DNA of 64,000 bases from assembly GCA_964613615.1 (NCBI GenBank), contig CAZTIB010000133.1:4046-68045 (forward strand). The letters run 5' to 3'. This DNA comes from an uncultured Chromatiaceae bacterium. GTDB lineage: Bacteria; Pseudomonadota; Gammaproteobacteria; Steroidobacterales; GCA-2729495. This document shows positions 1 to 9,949 of this stretch, in pieces; position 1 is the stretch's first letter; each line of letters opens with the position of its first letter. The position numbers and the translations under genes are program-made. Under the pieces are notes generated by a model that saw only the letters and a list, made by a program, of their open reading frames with translations, had not been told where the DNA came from and ran no database searches.

Positions 1-375
1 GACCTCGTCCGCGCGGCCCCGGGCCGCAATCGCATCGCGCTGGGACAGCAACACTTCGGCCTTCAGATCCTCGTTCCAGAGTTCCACCAGCACCTGGTCC
101 CGGGTCACCGCGTCGCCTTCGGTGACATTGAGGGTGGCCATCTGGCCTCCCAGCGCGGGTGACAGACCGGCGCGCCGGCAAGCATCTACGGTGCCCGCCC
201 GCGTGTTGGCAACCGTTGCCCGCACCTCGCCACGCTCCGCCATAACGACCGCAACCTGCAACGGCCGTGGCTGAAGCCACCAGGCCACGGCGGCGCCGAT
301 GCCCGCCAGCACCAGCAGTCCGATCAGCAGCTTCTTGTTCAACAAACGGACCCGCCAGGCAAAAACAGCGGGCAA
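1..375 (-). CDS. Efflux transporter periplasmic adaptor (HlyD/membrane-fusion family), N-terminal part; gene continues beyond the left edge of the window
   Basis: My reverse-strand translation reads ..RLLNKKLLIGLLVLAGIGAAVAWWLQPRPLQVAVVMAERGEVRATVANTRAGTVDACRRAGLSP..GQMATLNVTEGDAVTRDQVLVELWNEDLKAEV. That is a membrane anchor followed by a biotinyl/lipoyl-like hairpin, typical of MFP adaptors. No ATG is present; the start is TTG at 375 or 345. Confidence 0.6.
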   Translation of the reverse strand, partial: MPAVFAWRVRLLNKKLLIGLLVLAGIGAAVAWWLQPRPLQVAVVMAERGEVRATVANTRAGTVDACRRAGLSPALGGQMATLNVTEGDAVTRDQVLVELWNEDLKAEVLLSQRDAIAARGRADEV

Positions 376-528
376 TTATAGCGGCCGGGGACGCCCAGCC
401 TGATACATAGCTTCCGGTGCCATGGATGCAGATCGATCTCCGCCGGCGCGGCCAGGACCTTGGCCGTGCTGATTAGCAGGATCCTGAAGGCTTGGGACAG
501 TGCCAAAGGCGAGTGACGTCGGCCGACA

Positions 529-1272
529 TTACTGCCCGACCGTGCGGGCCACCAGCCGAAACTTCAGTTCCAGTTCATCGCGCACAGACAGGGCGCCCAG
601 GCCCACACTGAAGGGCTGCAACCCGAGATCCGTCTGGCGCACGGTGACCGCACCCGCTGCCACCAGTTGCCCCGGACTCGAAGTGACGGTGACCGGGATT
701 TCTACCAGCGTGACCTGGTCCCGGACCTTAACTTCCATCAGCAATTGCAGTGCCGGCAACTCACCCCGCACCTCGCGGTTGCGCAGACTCACCTCCGGGA
801 AATTCGCCGCATCGAGCAACTTCTCACCCAACATGTTCGCCCGCGTGCCGTCGATCGCAGACTGATCGAGTTCCGTCGCAAAGTCTGCACCTTCTTCAGC
901 ACGCTGGGCCGGAATATCGACCTTGAGGGATTGCACCGGGAATGCCAGGCGGACGGTGGAGCGGCTGACTGGCGACGCCAGCGCGAGCGTGCCGTCGATG
1001 TCCGTTGTGCTGATCACATGATTGTGGCCCAGCGAAGCCAGCGGCCCGTCGCGGTAGGCCAGGATCCGAATCTCCGACTCACCCGGCACGAGGCGGTACT
1101 CGACGGCATCGGCCGGCACCACCGACGGCAGTTCATCTACCGGGGCGCGGGAGACGGGCGGGCGAGGTGCGCAGCCGGCAACAAAGAGCGCGAGGGCGAT
1201 ACAGGCGGTGCGGCGTAGAAAGGTGTTGTTAGTGATGATGGCGGAACGCCCTCCTCGTGCGCCTCGAAACAC
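529..1272 (-). CDS. YceI-family periplasmic (lipo)protein
   Basis: YceI-like core (YRLVPGESEIRILAYRDGPLASLGHNHVIS...LELKFRLVA). Lipobox-like LFVAGC lies near the N-terminus. The upstream part of the 303-aa ORF is Gly/Pro/Arg junk, so I chose the GTG at 1272; the start is uncertain. Confidence 0.75.
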   Translation of the reverse strand: MFRGARGGRSAIITNNTFLRRTACIALALFVAGCAPRPPVSRAPVDELPSVVPADAVEYRLVPGESEIRILAYRDGPLASLGHNHVISTTDIDGTLALASPVSRSTVRLAFPVQSLKVDIPAQRAEEGADFATELDQSAIDGTRANMLGEKLLDAANFPEVSLRNREVRGELPALQLLMEVKVRDQVTLVEIPVTVTSSPGQLVAAGAVTVRQTDLGLQPFSVGLGALSVRDELELKFRLVARTVGQ

Positions 1273-1394
1273 GACGGACCCCGGACGACATGCAGATCCG
1301 CCGCCAACGGCAGCGCCGGGGTTGCCAGGAAACTCCAAGATACACGGCTCGGGCCCCGGAAAAATAGCGGGGCCGGGAGCGAGGAACTGCGCCG

Positions 1395-2690
1395 CTAGAT
1401 GGTGGCGTCTGCCGCGGCCGGCTTGACCGGGACCACCCATTCGCTCGCGAATCGAGCGGCGGGTGCCGGGCGGGCAAAATGATAGCCCTGCCCGACATCG
1501 CAGCCCATATCCTGGAGCACCCGCACCGCTTCAGGCTCTTCGATGCCCTCGGCCACGACCTTCATGTTGACCGCGTGGGCCAGCTGGATGACGGACGCGA
1601 CGATGCGCCGGTCGCGTTCGCTGCTGAGCATCGGGTCGATGAAGCTGCGATCGATTTTCAGCTCATCGGCAGGCAGGTCGCGCAGGTACGCGAGGCTGGC
1701 GTGGCCGGTGCCGAAGTCATCAATGGCCAGGCGCACGCCGAGTTCGTGTAGTGCCTGGAGCCTGGCCGCACTCGCGCGCGGGTCGCGCATCAACGCGGTC
1801 TCGGTGATCTCCAGCACCAGGCGGTCGGCCTCGAGGTTCCAGACCCCGAGCGAGCCGACGATCGTTTCGATCAGATCCGGATCTTCCAGGTTACCTGGGG
1901 ACATGTTCACCGCCATCGCGAAATCCGGTACCCGCTGGCACCACTCGCACGCATGGCGCAGCGATGCATTCAACGAGAACCCGAACAGCGCGTGAATTCC
2001 GCGGCCGCGTTCCACGCCGGGCAGAAAGGCCGCGGGCGGCAGGACACCATCGTTGGGACTGTTCCAGCGAATCAGTGCCTCGGCTCCGGACAGTTTCCCG
2101 GACCCCAGGTCTACCTTGGGCTGGAAGTACATCTCCAGTGCAGCTTTGTCGAGGGCCTCGTAGATGTCGAAGTCCGCCCGCGCGTGCGCGTTGCCCAACG
2201 CAGCCAGGCCATCGGTATATACCGTGTAAGGCTCATCGCGCTCGCGGGAATCTTCAAGCGCCAGCTCGCACTGGCGGAGCAGTTCTTCCGTACCACCCGC
2301 CGGGCCGGGCAGCAACGAGACACCCATGTGCGCATGCAGGCGGGCCCGCCGGGTCCCGAGTATCACCGGCTCGCGGACCTCGCGGGTAATGCGCTCCGCG
2401 CCGAGCACCGCGTGGCCTTCGTTCGACGGGTTGTGGATCAGCAGGGCGAAACTGGCACTGCCGACGCGGAATACGCGATCGCGCTGGCGCGCCACGGTCA
2501 GCAGGCGTTGCTCAAACTCCTCCAGAGCACGGTCGCCACCGATGTAACCAAAGTTGGCGTTCACCGCGTCCACCCCGGTCAGGCGAATCAGGATCATGCC
2601 GACGGACTGGCAATTGTCGGCGGCGCGCATATCATCGATCTCGCGCAGCAGGAGGGCGTAACGAAAGCGCGGTGTGCCTGCCAGATCCAT
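1395..2690 (-). CDS. Degenerate GGDEF domain plus EAL-domain c-di-GMP phosphodiesterase
   Basis: EAL signature residues are present (EALIRW, LVLEITE, DDFGTGHASLAYL, LKIDRSF, VVAEGIE). The N-terminal GGDEF-like fold has RVGSASFALL where R-GGDEF is expected. Confidence 0.85.
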   Translation of the reverse strand: MDLAGTPRFRYALLLREIDDMRAADNCQSVGMILIRLTGVDAVNANFGYIGGDRALEEFEQRLLTVARQRDRVFRVGSASFALLIHNPSNEGHAVLGAERITREVREPVILGTRRARLHAHMGVSLLPGPAGGTEELLRQCELALEDSRERDEPYTVYTDGLAALGNAHARADFDIYEALDKAALEMYFQPKVDLGSGKLSGAEALIRWNSPNDGVLPPAAFLPGVERGRGIHALFGFSLNASLRHACEWCQRVPDFAMAVNMSPGNLEDPDLIETIVGSLGVWNLEADRLVLEITETALMRDPRASAARLQALHELGVRLAIDDFGTGHASLAYLRDLPADELKIDRSFIDPMLSSERDRRIVASVIQLAHAVNMKVVAEGIEEPEAVRVLQDMGCDVGQGYHFARPAPAARFASEWVVPVKPAAADATI

Positions 2691-2704
2691 CGCGCCGCCT
2701 TGAC

Positions 2705-4039
2705 TCAGTGGAAGTAGTCTTCCGGGTCCAGGCCAAAGGCGCCTGACTCGAAACCCTTCACAATCCAGCGCGCGCGTCGCTGATTCTCGTCGCTGGGCAG
2801 CGACTTCAGGTCTATTACCTTGCTCGAGCCAAGTGGCTCGTGGCGCCTGTCCAGCACCAGCATGATCTTGGGTCGCAGCCGGCGGATACGATTCTGTTCG
2901 ATCACGATACCTACCTCACCGGTATTCATCTCTACGACCGTGCCTGTCGGGAACATGCCCAGCGCCTGGACGAACTGTTCGATGAGTTCGCGCTGAAACT
3001 CGTTACCGGCCAGCGTGTTCAGCTCGCGCACCGCGTCGTAGGAAGATTTCGGCTCGGCCCACGGCCGCCGTGAAATCATCGCGTCATAGCAGTCCACCAG
3101 TCCGGCGATCCGCCCATAGACCGGGATATCGCTGCCGGCTATGCCGTTGGGGTAACCGGAGCCGTCGTGCCGCTCGTGATGGCTGCGAATCATTTCCAGC
3201 ACTTCTTCGCTGATGCCGGGCGTCTTTTTCGCCAGCCGTTCCCCATAGTGCACATGGGCCTGCATGATCTCCGCTTCGTCCTCCGTCAGCGGCCCTTCCT
3301 TGTTGGTGATGGATTCAGGAATCGCGACTTTGCCGATGTCCAGCAGGATTCCACCCATGGCCAGTACTTGCAGCCCGTTGCGGTCAAAGCCAAGGTGGCG
3401 GCCCAGCACCAGCGCCCACACAGAGGTGGCGATGGAATGGTTGTAGGCGTATTCGTCACGCTTGCGCAGTGTGACCAGCCACGCCATTGCATCCTGGTTG
3501 CGCAGCACGCTGTCGATCATCGGCGAGACCGCATCTTTGATCTTGTCGACCTGGATGCCGCCGCCCTTGCGCAGGTCATGGATCACCTCGTTCATGGCGT
3601 CCACAGCAAGGCCATAGGCGTGGGCGGCAGCCGGCGCCTCTTCCTGCGTAGATACCTTGTTGTCGTAGTGCCTTGCGCCGTTGACCTTCTCGGCCAGCCG
3701 GCCGGTGGGATCCATGCGGCTCAGGGACCTGAGCAGGCGCGTTTTCAGCGTGATGGGCTTATTGCCGTTCACGCGCCCATTCAGCGGGCTCGCGAATGGG
3801 TCCCGGCTCTGGCCCGCGATGCTGTGGGCTTCCATGATGCGCTTTTCCGGCACGGAGCTACGTTTCAGATCGACGTAGACATGCTTGCAGAACTTGCGCA
3901 GCAGGCCGATCTCGCTGTCCTCACGGATCTCGAAACCCTGGAACAGGAAGGGCGTCTCCAGCCACGGCCGGTCGAGCAGGGCTACGAACATGCCCTTCTC
4001 GAGGTTCATGGTGTCTACCTTGACGCGCTTGGAGAGCAT
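2705..4039 (-). CDS. HD-GYP domain c-di-GMP phosphodiesterase with DUF3391-like N-terminus
   Basis: HHERHDGSGYPNG motif, HD motif (LLDIGK), and N-terminal VKVDTMNLEKGMFVALLDRPWLETPF. Confidence 0.9.
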   Translation of the reverse strand: MLSKRVKVDTMNLEKGMFVALLDRPWLETPFLFQGFEIREDSEIGLLRKFCKHVYVDLKRSSVPEKRIMEAHSIAGQSRDPFASPLNGRVNGNKPITLKTRLLRSLSRMDPTGRLAEKVNGARHYDNKVSTQEEAPAAAHAYGLAVDAMNEVIHDLRKGGGIQVDKIKDAVSPMIDSVLRNQDAMAWLVTLRKRDEYAYNHSIATSVWALVLGRHLGFDRNGLQVLAMGGILLDIGKVAIPESITNKEGPLTEDEAEIMQAHVHYGERLAKKTPGISEEVLEMIRSHHERHDGSGYPNGIAGSDIPVYGRIAGLVDCYDAMISRRPWAEPKSSYDAVRELNTLAGNEFQRELIEQFVQALGMFPTGTVVEMNTGEVGIVIEQNRIRRLRPKIMLVLDRRHEPLGSSKVIDLKSLPSDENQRRARWIVKGFESGAFGLDPEDYFH

Positions 4040-4196
4040 TTAATGATCCGCCACGGGCCTCTTGGGCCCAGCTTTGCATAATAGCGACAGCGCCGATGAT
4101 GGCCGTGGCGGGCATCACATTTCCGCACAAAGGCCCGGTCAACCCTGGCCCGGGAGCCGCGTTACACTCACTGTGGAATGTCTCTGGAGCCCGTGC

Positions 4197-4544
4197 ATGG
4201 ATCACACTAGAGTTGCCGCCCTGGCGCTCTGTCTCGCTGGCTGCGCTGCCAACCCCGACCCCATCGTCGATATGCGGGGCGTTGACCCGGTGCTCTACGA
4301 GCAGGATCTGGCCGACTGCAGGACCTATACCCGCGAGATTCAGACGGAAGTCGGTGTCGCGAAAGGCGCCGCGGGCGGTGCCGCGGTGGGCGGCGCCATC
4401 GGCGCCATTGGTGGCGAGACGGGCCGGGGTGCAGGGATCGGGGCCGTGGCAGGCGGTGCCAAGTCAGCCCAGCTCAACGAGCGCGAAAAACAGCGCGTGG
4501 TGAAAAACTGTATGCGCGGCCGGGGCTACCGCGTTCTCAACTGA
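4197..4544 (+). CDS. Glycine-zipper outer-membrane lipoprotein
   Basis: Lipobox LAGC, then a Gly/Ala zipper ([17 protein letters not shown]...[11 protein letters not shown]). Internal ATG at 4197 chosen; the upstream part of the ORF is non-protein-like. Confidence 0.65.
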   Translation: MDHTRVAALALCLAGCAANPDPIVDMRGVDPVLYEQDLADCRTYTREIQTEVGVAKGAAGGAAVGGAIGAIGGETGRGAGIGAVAGGAKSAQLNEREKQRVVKNCMRGRGYRVLN

Positions 4545-5181
4545 CGCTGACCGGGCACGCCACGCCGGTCCCGCCCAGGCCACAGTAGCCGCCCGGGTTC
4601 TTCGCAAGATACTGCTGGTGGTAATTCTCGGCAAAGTAGAACGGGGGCGCTGCCAGGATTTCCGTCGTAATCGTGCCACGCCCGGCGCCGCGCAATGCGT
4701 CCTGGTAGCGCTCGCAGGATTCGCTGGCCGCCGCTTCCTGTCCCGGTGAGTAGTAGTAGATTCCCGACCGGTACTGGGTGCCGGCATCATTGCCCTGGCG
4801 CATGCCCTGTGTAGGGTCATGGCTTTCCCAGAAAACCTGCAACAGCTCTTCGTAGGTGACTGATGACGGATCGAAGACCACCCTGACGACCTCGTTATGG
4901 CCCGTCATGCCCGAGCAGACTTCTTCGTAGGTCGGATTTGGCGTATGACCGGCGGCATAGCCAACGGCCGTGGTATAGACGCCCGGCTGCTCCCAGAATC
5001 GCCGCTCCGCGCCCCAGAAGCAGCCGAGGCCGAACATGGCCTGCTCGAGGTGCGCGGGCAGCTCTCCGGCCAGCGGGTTGTCGTTGACAAAGTGACGCTC
5101 GGCCACGGGCATAGGGGTGCCGCGTCCGGGCAGCGCTGCGCCCGCGTCGGGCAGGGATAAATTTTTCTTCCGCAGGAACAT
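4537..5181 (-). CDS. msrA: Peptide-methionine (S)-S-oxide reductase
   Basis: GCFWGAE active-site motif and conserved HDPTQ..RQGND.GTQYRS and ENYHQQYL blocks. The ATG at 5181 gives a typical 214 aa. Confidence 0.92.
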   Translation of the reverse strand: MFLRKKNLSLPDAGAALPGRGTPMPVAERHFVNDNPLAGELPAHLEQAMFGLGCFWGAERRFWEQPGVYTTAVGYAAGHTPNPTYEEVCSGMTGHNEVVRVVFDPSSVTYEELLQVFWESHDPTQGMRQGNDAGTQYRSGIYYYSPGQEAAASESCERYQDALRGAGRGTITTEILAAPPFYFAENYHQQYLAKNPGGYCGLGGTGVACPVSVS

Positions 5182-5308
5182 GTCCAATGCTTCGACAATT
5201 GCCGGGCGGCGGATGTTCCCCGGCAGCATCGCGGCAGCGCTTCGCGCTGGATCCGACGAAGCTGCTACATTAGCACCCGCCAGTACCAAGCGCTGCAAGA
5301 CGTTCAGG

Positions 5309-6868
5309 ATGACAAAACAAGCGCTCACACTCATAGCGATGACCTGCCTGGCCGGCCCGGCCCTCGCCCAGAACCCGGCGCCCAAGGCCACCCGGCCGGC
5401 GACAATTGAGGTCACCGAGGCGGCCGTGGTGCCCCTCGACACCGCATCTCCTGCCGCCGACACGCCGACCCCGGACTCACCGGGAGCGGCTAGCGCAGCC
5501 ATTGGCCCGGAAGCCCAGGAGGCGCAGGAAGCGCAGGCGGCAACTCCGGAGAACGCTGGCGCGGGTGATCCGCCGGCCGCCGCCGGGTCGGGCGTTCGCA
5601 CCGCTGCTTATGAGCGCATGTTGTCGCTGATGGAAGAGCAGCGCTACGGCGAGGCGGCGGAGGCCGCCCGCGCCGTGGTGCAGCTAACGGAGCAAGAGTT
5701 CGGTGCCGACAGCATCGAGCTCGCCGCGCCCCTGGACAATCTCGGCACCACGATGATGCTCGGCGGAAATCTCTTCGATGCCGAGCAAAGCTACTTGCGC
5801 AGCATCGAGATTATCAAGCAGCACGAAGGGCAACTGTCCCCGCGACTTATGAACCCCTACGTCGGCCTCGGAGCAACCTACAATCGTGGCGGCTCCTATG
5901 AGAAAGCCGAAGAAGCCTTCAGTACGGCCTTGCGGCTGAACAACGTCAACGAGGGTTTCTACAACGTCGACCAGATGAAGATTCGCGACGGTCTTACGGA
6001 AACCTATATCGGCCTGGAAGAGCTAGAGGACGCCAATTTCCACCAGGAGGTGCAACTGGAGATTTTCCAGCGGCGCCTGGGCGCAACCAATCCGGAAACT
6101 GCGCCGGCTATCTACAAGCTCGCCCGGTGGTATGAGCGCGTGGGCCTGTTTGACGACGCGCGCATCAAGTATCAGCAGGCCCAGCAGATGATTCGCAAGA
6201 CCTACGGCAAAGATTCGATGGAAATGGTAGCGGCCCTGGAAGGCCTGGCGGCCAATTTCGATCGCCAGGGCCTCCTGTCTCCGAGCGCGTCAAACTTGAA
6301 GAAAGCCCTGGCAATTGTCGAGGCGCAGCCGGAGGTCGACCGAGAAAAACAGGCCGAAATCCTGGTAAAGCTCGGCGATCTGTACGGCGGCTCCGGCCGC
6401 CCCGATACCGCCAATGCGTATTACGAGCGCGGCTGGCAGGCCTTGTCGCTGGACGACGGTCTGGAGGGGCTGCGCGACGCACTGTTCCGCGAGCCGGTGC
6501 GTGTTACCGGGCTCGGCTGGCAAAACCTGCGCTACGCGCCCGGTGACGTGAGCGACTGGCGCCTGCTGAGTGACGGCTACGTGCTGGTGCGCTACGACGT
6601 GAATGAGAAAGGCCGGGTGGATGATGTGGTCGTCATCGAATCCGAACCCGCCGATCTGATGGACCGCCGGGTAGCAGAAGCCCTGCGGCGGTCCTATTTC
6701 CGCCCGCGCTTCGCCGACGGCGTTGCCGTCGAGTCGGATGGCCTCCTGTACCGGCACGATTTCCGTTACCTGCCCAAGGACCCGGGCCGCAGCGAAGAGG
6801 CCGGCCAGCCTGTCGAAGCCCCCGACGGTGGCGGCCGCCTCGAATACCCCGATGCCAGCGGCGGCTGA
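5309..6868 (+). CDS. Secreted TPR-repeat protein with TonB C-terminal-like domain
   Basis: Signal peptide [21 protein letters not shown], a low-complexity Ala/Pro/Glu linker, TPR-like repeats, and a C-terminal block [24 protein letters not shown]...[13 protein letters not shown] resembling TonB_C. Confidence 0.7.
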   Translation: MTKQALTLIAMTCLAGPALAQNPAPKATRPATIEVTEAAVVPLDTASPAADTPTPDSPGAASAAIGPEAQEAQEAQAATPENAGAGDPPAAAGSGVRTAAYERMLSLMEEQRYGEAAEAARAVVQLTEQEFGADSIELAAPLDNLGTTMMLGGNLFDAEQSYLRSIEIIKQHEGQLSPRLMNPYVGLGATYNRGGSYEKAEEAFSTALRLNNVNEGFYNVDQMKIRDGLTETYIGLEELEDANFHQEVQLEIFQRRLGATNPETAPAIYKLARWYERVGLFDDARIKYQQAQQMIRKTYGKDSMEMVAALEGLAANFDRQGLLSPSASNLKKALAIVEAQPEVDREKQAEILVKLGDLYGGSGRPDTANAYYERGWQALSLDDGLEGLRDALFREPVRVTGLGWQNLRYAPGDVSDWRLLSDGYVLVRYDVNEKGRVDDVVVIESEPADLMDRRVAEALRRSYFRPRFADGVAVESDGLLYRHDFRYLPKDPGRSEEAGQPVEAPDGGGRLEYPDASGG

Positions 6869-6887
6869 GGCCGGCAACCCCGGCCAG

Positions 6888-7874
6888 ATGCGGGCCATGG
6901 TCTGCCCGGGGCCGGGGCAACCACTGGTCATGGAACAGCGGTCCCTGCCCCAGCCTGGACCGGGACAATTGCAGGTTCGCGTGCTGGCCTGCGCGGTCTG
7001 CCGCACCGACCTGCACGTGCAGGACAATGAGCTCGACGACATCCCTTACCCAGTAGTACCCGGCCACCAGGTCGTTGGCGAGGTCAGCGCCCGCGGCGCC
7101 GGGGTCGACACCGCAATCGGCCAGCGCGTCGGCATCGCCTGGCTGGCCTGGGCCTGCGGCGAATGCCCCTACTGCGAAGACGGCCGGGAGAACCTTTGCG
7201 ACCGCGCGCTGTTCAACGGCTACCAGCGCGATGGCGGCTACGCGGAATATCTGGTGGCCGACGCCGCTTTCGCCATTCCGCTTGATACGGACCTCGATCC
7301 GGCCCGGACCACGCCGCTGCTGTGCGGGGGACTGATCGGCTATCGCACGCTGCGCATGGCTGGCGACGCCCGGCGGCTGGGTATCTATGGATTCGGTTCC
7401 GCTGCACACATGATCGCTCAGCTGGCGCGGCACGAAGGGCGCGAGGTCTACGCGTTTACCAGTCCGGGCGACACGGCTGCCCAGCAGTTCGCGCGCGATG
7501 TTGGCGCGGCCTGGGCCGGCGGTTCCGACGAAGCGTCGCCGCAACTTCTCGACGGCGCGCTGATCTTCGCACCGGTCGGGGCGCTGGTACCGAAAGCGCT
7601 CAAAGACGTACGCAAGGGTGGCCGGGTCGTGTGCGGTGGGATTCACATGAGTGACATCCCGACGTTCCCTTATGCAGACCTGTGGGGTGAGCGCCAGATT
7701 CGTTCGGTGGCCAATCTCACTCGCCGGGACGCGACGGAATTCATGGCCATCGCCGCACTACATCCCATCGACACGCAAATTACCCGCTACTCATTAACGC
7801 AGGCCAACGAGGCCCTCGACGCACTGCGCGCGGGCCAGATCAACGGCACCGCGGTACTGGAAATTGCGCACTAA
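6888..7874 (+). CDS. Zinc-dependent alcohol dehydrogenase family oxidoreductase
   Basis: VLACAVCRTDLHV, PGHQVVG, structural-zinc cluster CGECPYCEDGRENLC, and GxGxxA nucleotide fold (IYGFGSAAH). Confidence 0.85.
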   Translation: MRAMVCPGPGQPLVMEQRSLPQPGPGQLQVRVLACAVCRTDLHVQDNELDDIPYPVVPGHQVVGEVSARGAGVDTAIGQRVGIAWLAWACGECPYCEDGRENLCDRALFNGYQRDGGYAEYLVADAAFAIPLDTDLDPARTTPLLCGGLIGYRTLRMAGDARRLGIYGFGSAAHMIAQLARHEGREVYAFTSPGDTAAQQFARDVGAAWAGGSDEASPQLLDGALIFAPVGALVPKALKDVRKGGRVVCGGIHMSDIPTFPYADLWGERQIRSVANLTRRDATEFMAIAALHPIDTQITRYSLTQANEALDALRAGQINGTAVLEIAH

Positions 7875-8914
7875 CCACCGCCGCGTTGCGCAGCGAATTC
7901 CGCTTTGCCCTTCAGGATGATCGCGTAGATTTCCCGCGACCGGCCACCGATATCCTGGAGCAGCTGCTCGGCCACACCGCTGGTGGCCTGTTGCCATTCG
8001 ACCCGTTGCCCGGGTGTCAGCGCCTGCCAGCGGATGCCGAGTTCCGGGTCGGCCAGGTCGGCGACGTCCTGCGCGCGGGTAGCGGCCCGGGATTGGTCGA
8101 TAGACGGAAAGTTGTCCGTCAGCACCTGTTGTGTTGCTTCGCCCTGCTGCTGCCACCACCGCAGATCTGCAACGATGACGGACATACCAAACACATGCCG
8201 GGTCAAAGTCAGGTACGGCGCTTCGGCGGAGATCCCCGTGCGCGCGTAGAGACTGATGGAATTCTCACCGGCATCAATCAGGCCCGTCTGCAGCGACGGC
8301 ACGATTTCTCCATATCCCAGCGGAATCTTGTCGGCGCCGATAGCATCGGCAAACAGCCGCGCGTTGAGGCTCGCCGACACGCGAAAGCGCCGGCCCCTGG
8401 CATCTGCAGGCGTCAGCATTCGTTCCCGGCCGTACACGGAGTGGAAGCCGATCTCATACCAGGTCACCAGGTGCAAGCCCACCTCGGCAAGCAGCTCGCG
8501 GAAGATGTCCGTGAGGAACCGATCGTAGACATAGTCGGCCTCGTCTTCGTCTTCAAAAAGATACGGCGTGTACAGGAGCGATAGTTCGGGCACCAGCGTG
8601 GACGTCACCTGTGCCGACAGGTTGGCGAACTGAATGCGCCCGCGACGCAGGCCAGACAGAAGCTGCTCTTCGGAACCCAGCTGGCCGTAAATCAGCGGCC
8701 GCAGCTCCAGCGCGCCCCCCGACGCCGCTTCAGCGTCGTTCTTGAACTGCAGCCACATGTCGGCGCCTGGGGTGTTGGGCGTGGAAGTGCCGCCGATGGT
8801 GATGGCCTGGCCAACCGCACCGGTGCCCCCTGATTCTGCGGGCGGCTGCTCGCCGCCACCGCAGGCACCAAGCAGCGCGGCGGCAAGAAAAATCGCTGGG
8901 CGGGAAACTTTCAT
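7871..8914 (-). CDS. TRAP-type transporter solute-binding protein (DctP family), with no adjacent membrane subunits
   Basis: Lipoprotein signal (LLGACGG) and DctP-like blocks (LYTPYLFED.., PSLQTGLIDAGENS, LTLTRHVF). ATG at 8914. Confidence 0.75.
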   Translation of the reverse strand: MKVSRPAIFLAAALLGACGGGEQPPAESGGTGAVGQAITIGGTSTPNTPGADMWLQFKNDAEAASGGALELRPLIYGQLGSEEQLLSGLRRGRIQFANLSAQVTSTLVPELSLLYTPYLFEDEDEADYVYDRFLTDIFRELLAEVGLHLVTWYEIGFHSVYGRERMLTPADARGRRFRVSASLNARLFADAIGADKIPLGYGEIVPSLQTGLIDAGENSISLYARTGISAEAPYLTLTRHVFGMSVIVADLRWWQQQGEATQQVLTDNFPSIDQSRAATRAQDVADLADPELGIRWQALTPGQRVEWQQATSGVAEQLLQDIGGRSREIYAIILKGKAEFAAQRGGG

Positions 8915-9041
8915 TCCCGAATGTTGCCTCAAAGCGTGGCGGGCAAGCCAGAAGCGGCTGCGAAAACCCCTGTAAACTGCGGGCCAGCCGGGATCAGCGG
9001 ACACCGCCAGCGCTGAGCGAGTACTGAAGACAAGGATTTCG

Positions 9042-9803
9042 ATGACCAAGACTTCACCTGCCCAAGTCCCAGGCTGGCGAGCCTTTGTGGCCGTTTTTGC
9101 GTGCCTGGCCACGTCCCCGCTCCTTGCCCAGCCGGACTATTCCATGCTGGACGACCTGTTGCTGTCCCACGTGCAGGACGGATTTGTCGACTACGACGGC
9201 ATCGCGCTGGACCCGCGACTGGATGATTTTATCGGCCAGCTTGCGAACACGGCGCCCACAGCCCTCGCCTCGACCGCCGAACAGAAAGCCTTTTACATCA
9301 ATGCCTACAATGCCATTGCGATACGTGGAATTCTGGACGGCCAGTCGCCGGATTCGTTCTTCGGCCGCTCCCGCTTTTTCAAGCACATGCGCGTTGACGT
9401 GCTCGGTGAATCCCTCAGTCTGGAAGACATCGAACACGGGCGGCTGCGCCCGATGGGCGATCCACGAATTCACTTTGCAATCGTCTGCGCGTCCCTTTCA
9501 TGCCCCAGATTGGCGAGCCGCGCCTACCTGCCTGCAACCCTCGACGCACAACTCGAGGCAGCGACAGAACAATTTCTCAGTGACCCGACCAGGAACGTGT
9601 TCGATTCGAACCGCCGGGTGGCCTATGTATCGAAGATTTTCGACTGGTTCGAGGAAGACTTCGTCGCCAACGCGGGCTCATTGCAAAACTACCTGGCCCG
9701 CTATGTCACAGATCAGACCAGCGCACGCTTGCTGCGGGCCGATAGTTTCGACGTGAACTATCGCGACTATGACTGGAGCCTGAACGGGCGGCTCACAAAG
9801 TGA
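9042..9803 (+). CDS. DUF547 domain protein (secreted)
   Basis: Signal peptide plus AFYINAYNAIAIRGIL and HFAIVCASLSCPRL blocks characteristic of DUF547. Confidence 0.75.
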   Translation: MTKTSPAQVPGWRAFVAVFACLATSPLLAQPDYSMLDDLLLSHVQDGFVDYDGIALDPRLDDFIGQLANTAPTALASTAEQKAFYINAYNAIAIRGILDGQSPDSFFGRSRFFKHMRVDVLGESLSLEDIEHGRLRPMGDPRIHFAIVCASLSCPRLASRAYLPATLDAQLEAATEQFLSDPTRNVFDSNRRVAYVSKIFDWFEEDFVANAGSLQNYLARYVTDQTSARLLRADSFDVNYRDYDWSLNGRLTK

Positions 9804-9810
9804 ATAAAAT

Positions 9811-9886
9811 CCTTGTGGGAGCGGCCTCAGGCGCCACCATTGGCATCAGCATGCTCAAATCTCGCGGCTGAAGCCGCTCCTGAAGG
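9811..9886. repeat. Inverted pair of REP-like elements (GTGGGAGCGGCYTCAGSCGC type)
   Basis: CCTTGTGGGAGCGGCCTCAGGCGCC at 9811-9835 and its inverted relative TCGCGGCTGAAGCCGCTCCTGAAGG at 9862-9886. Each has an internal GCGGC-loop-GCCGC hairpin. Lies in the intergenic region between the DUF547 gene and msrP. Confidence 0.6.
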
Positions 9887-9949
9887 CGGCTCGGTAAACC
9901 GAGCATGCGCCGCAGCCGAATACACAGCCAGGACAACAGGAACTCAACG

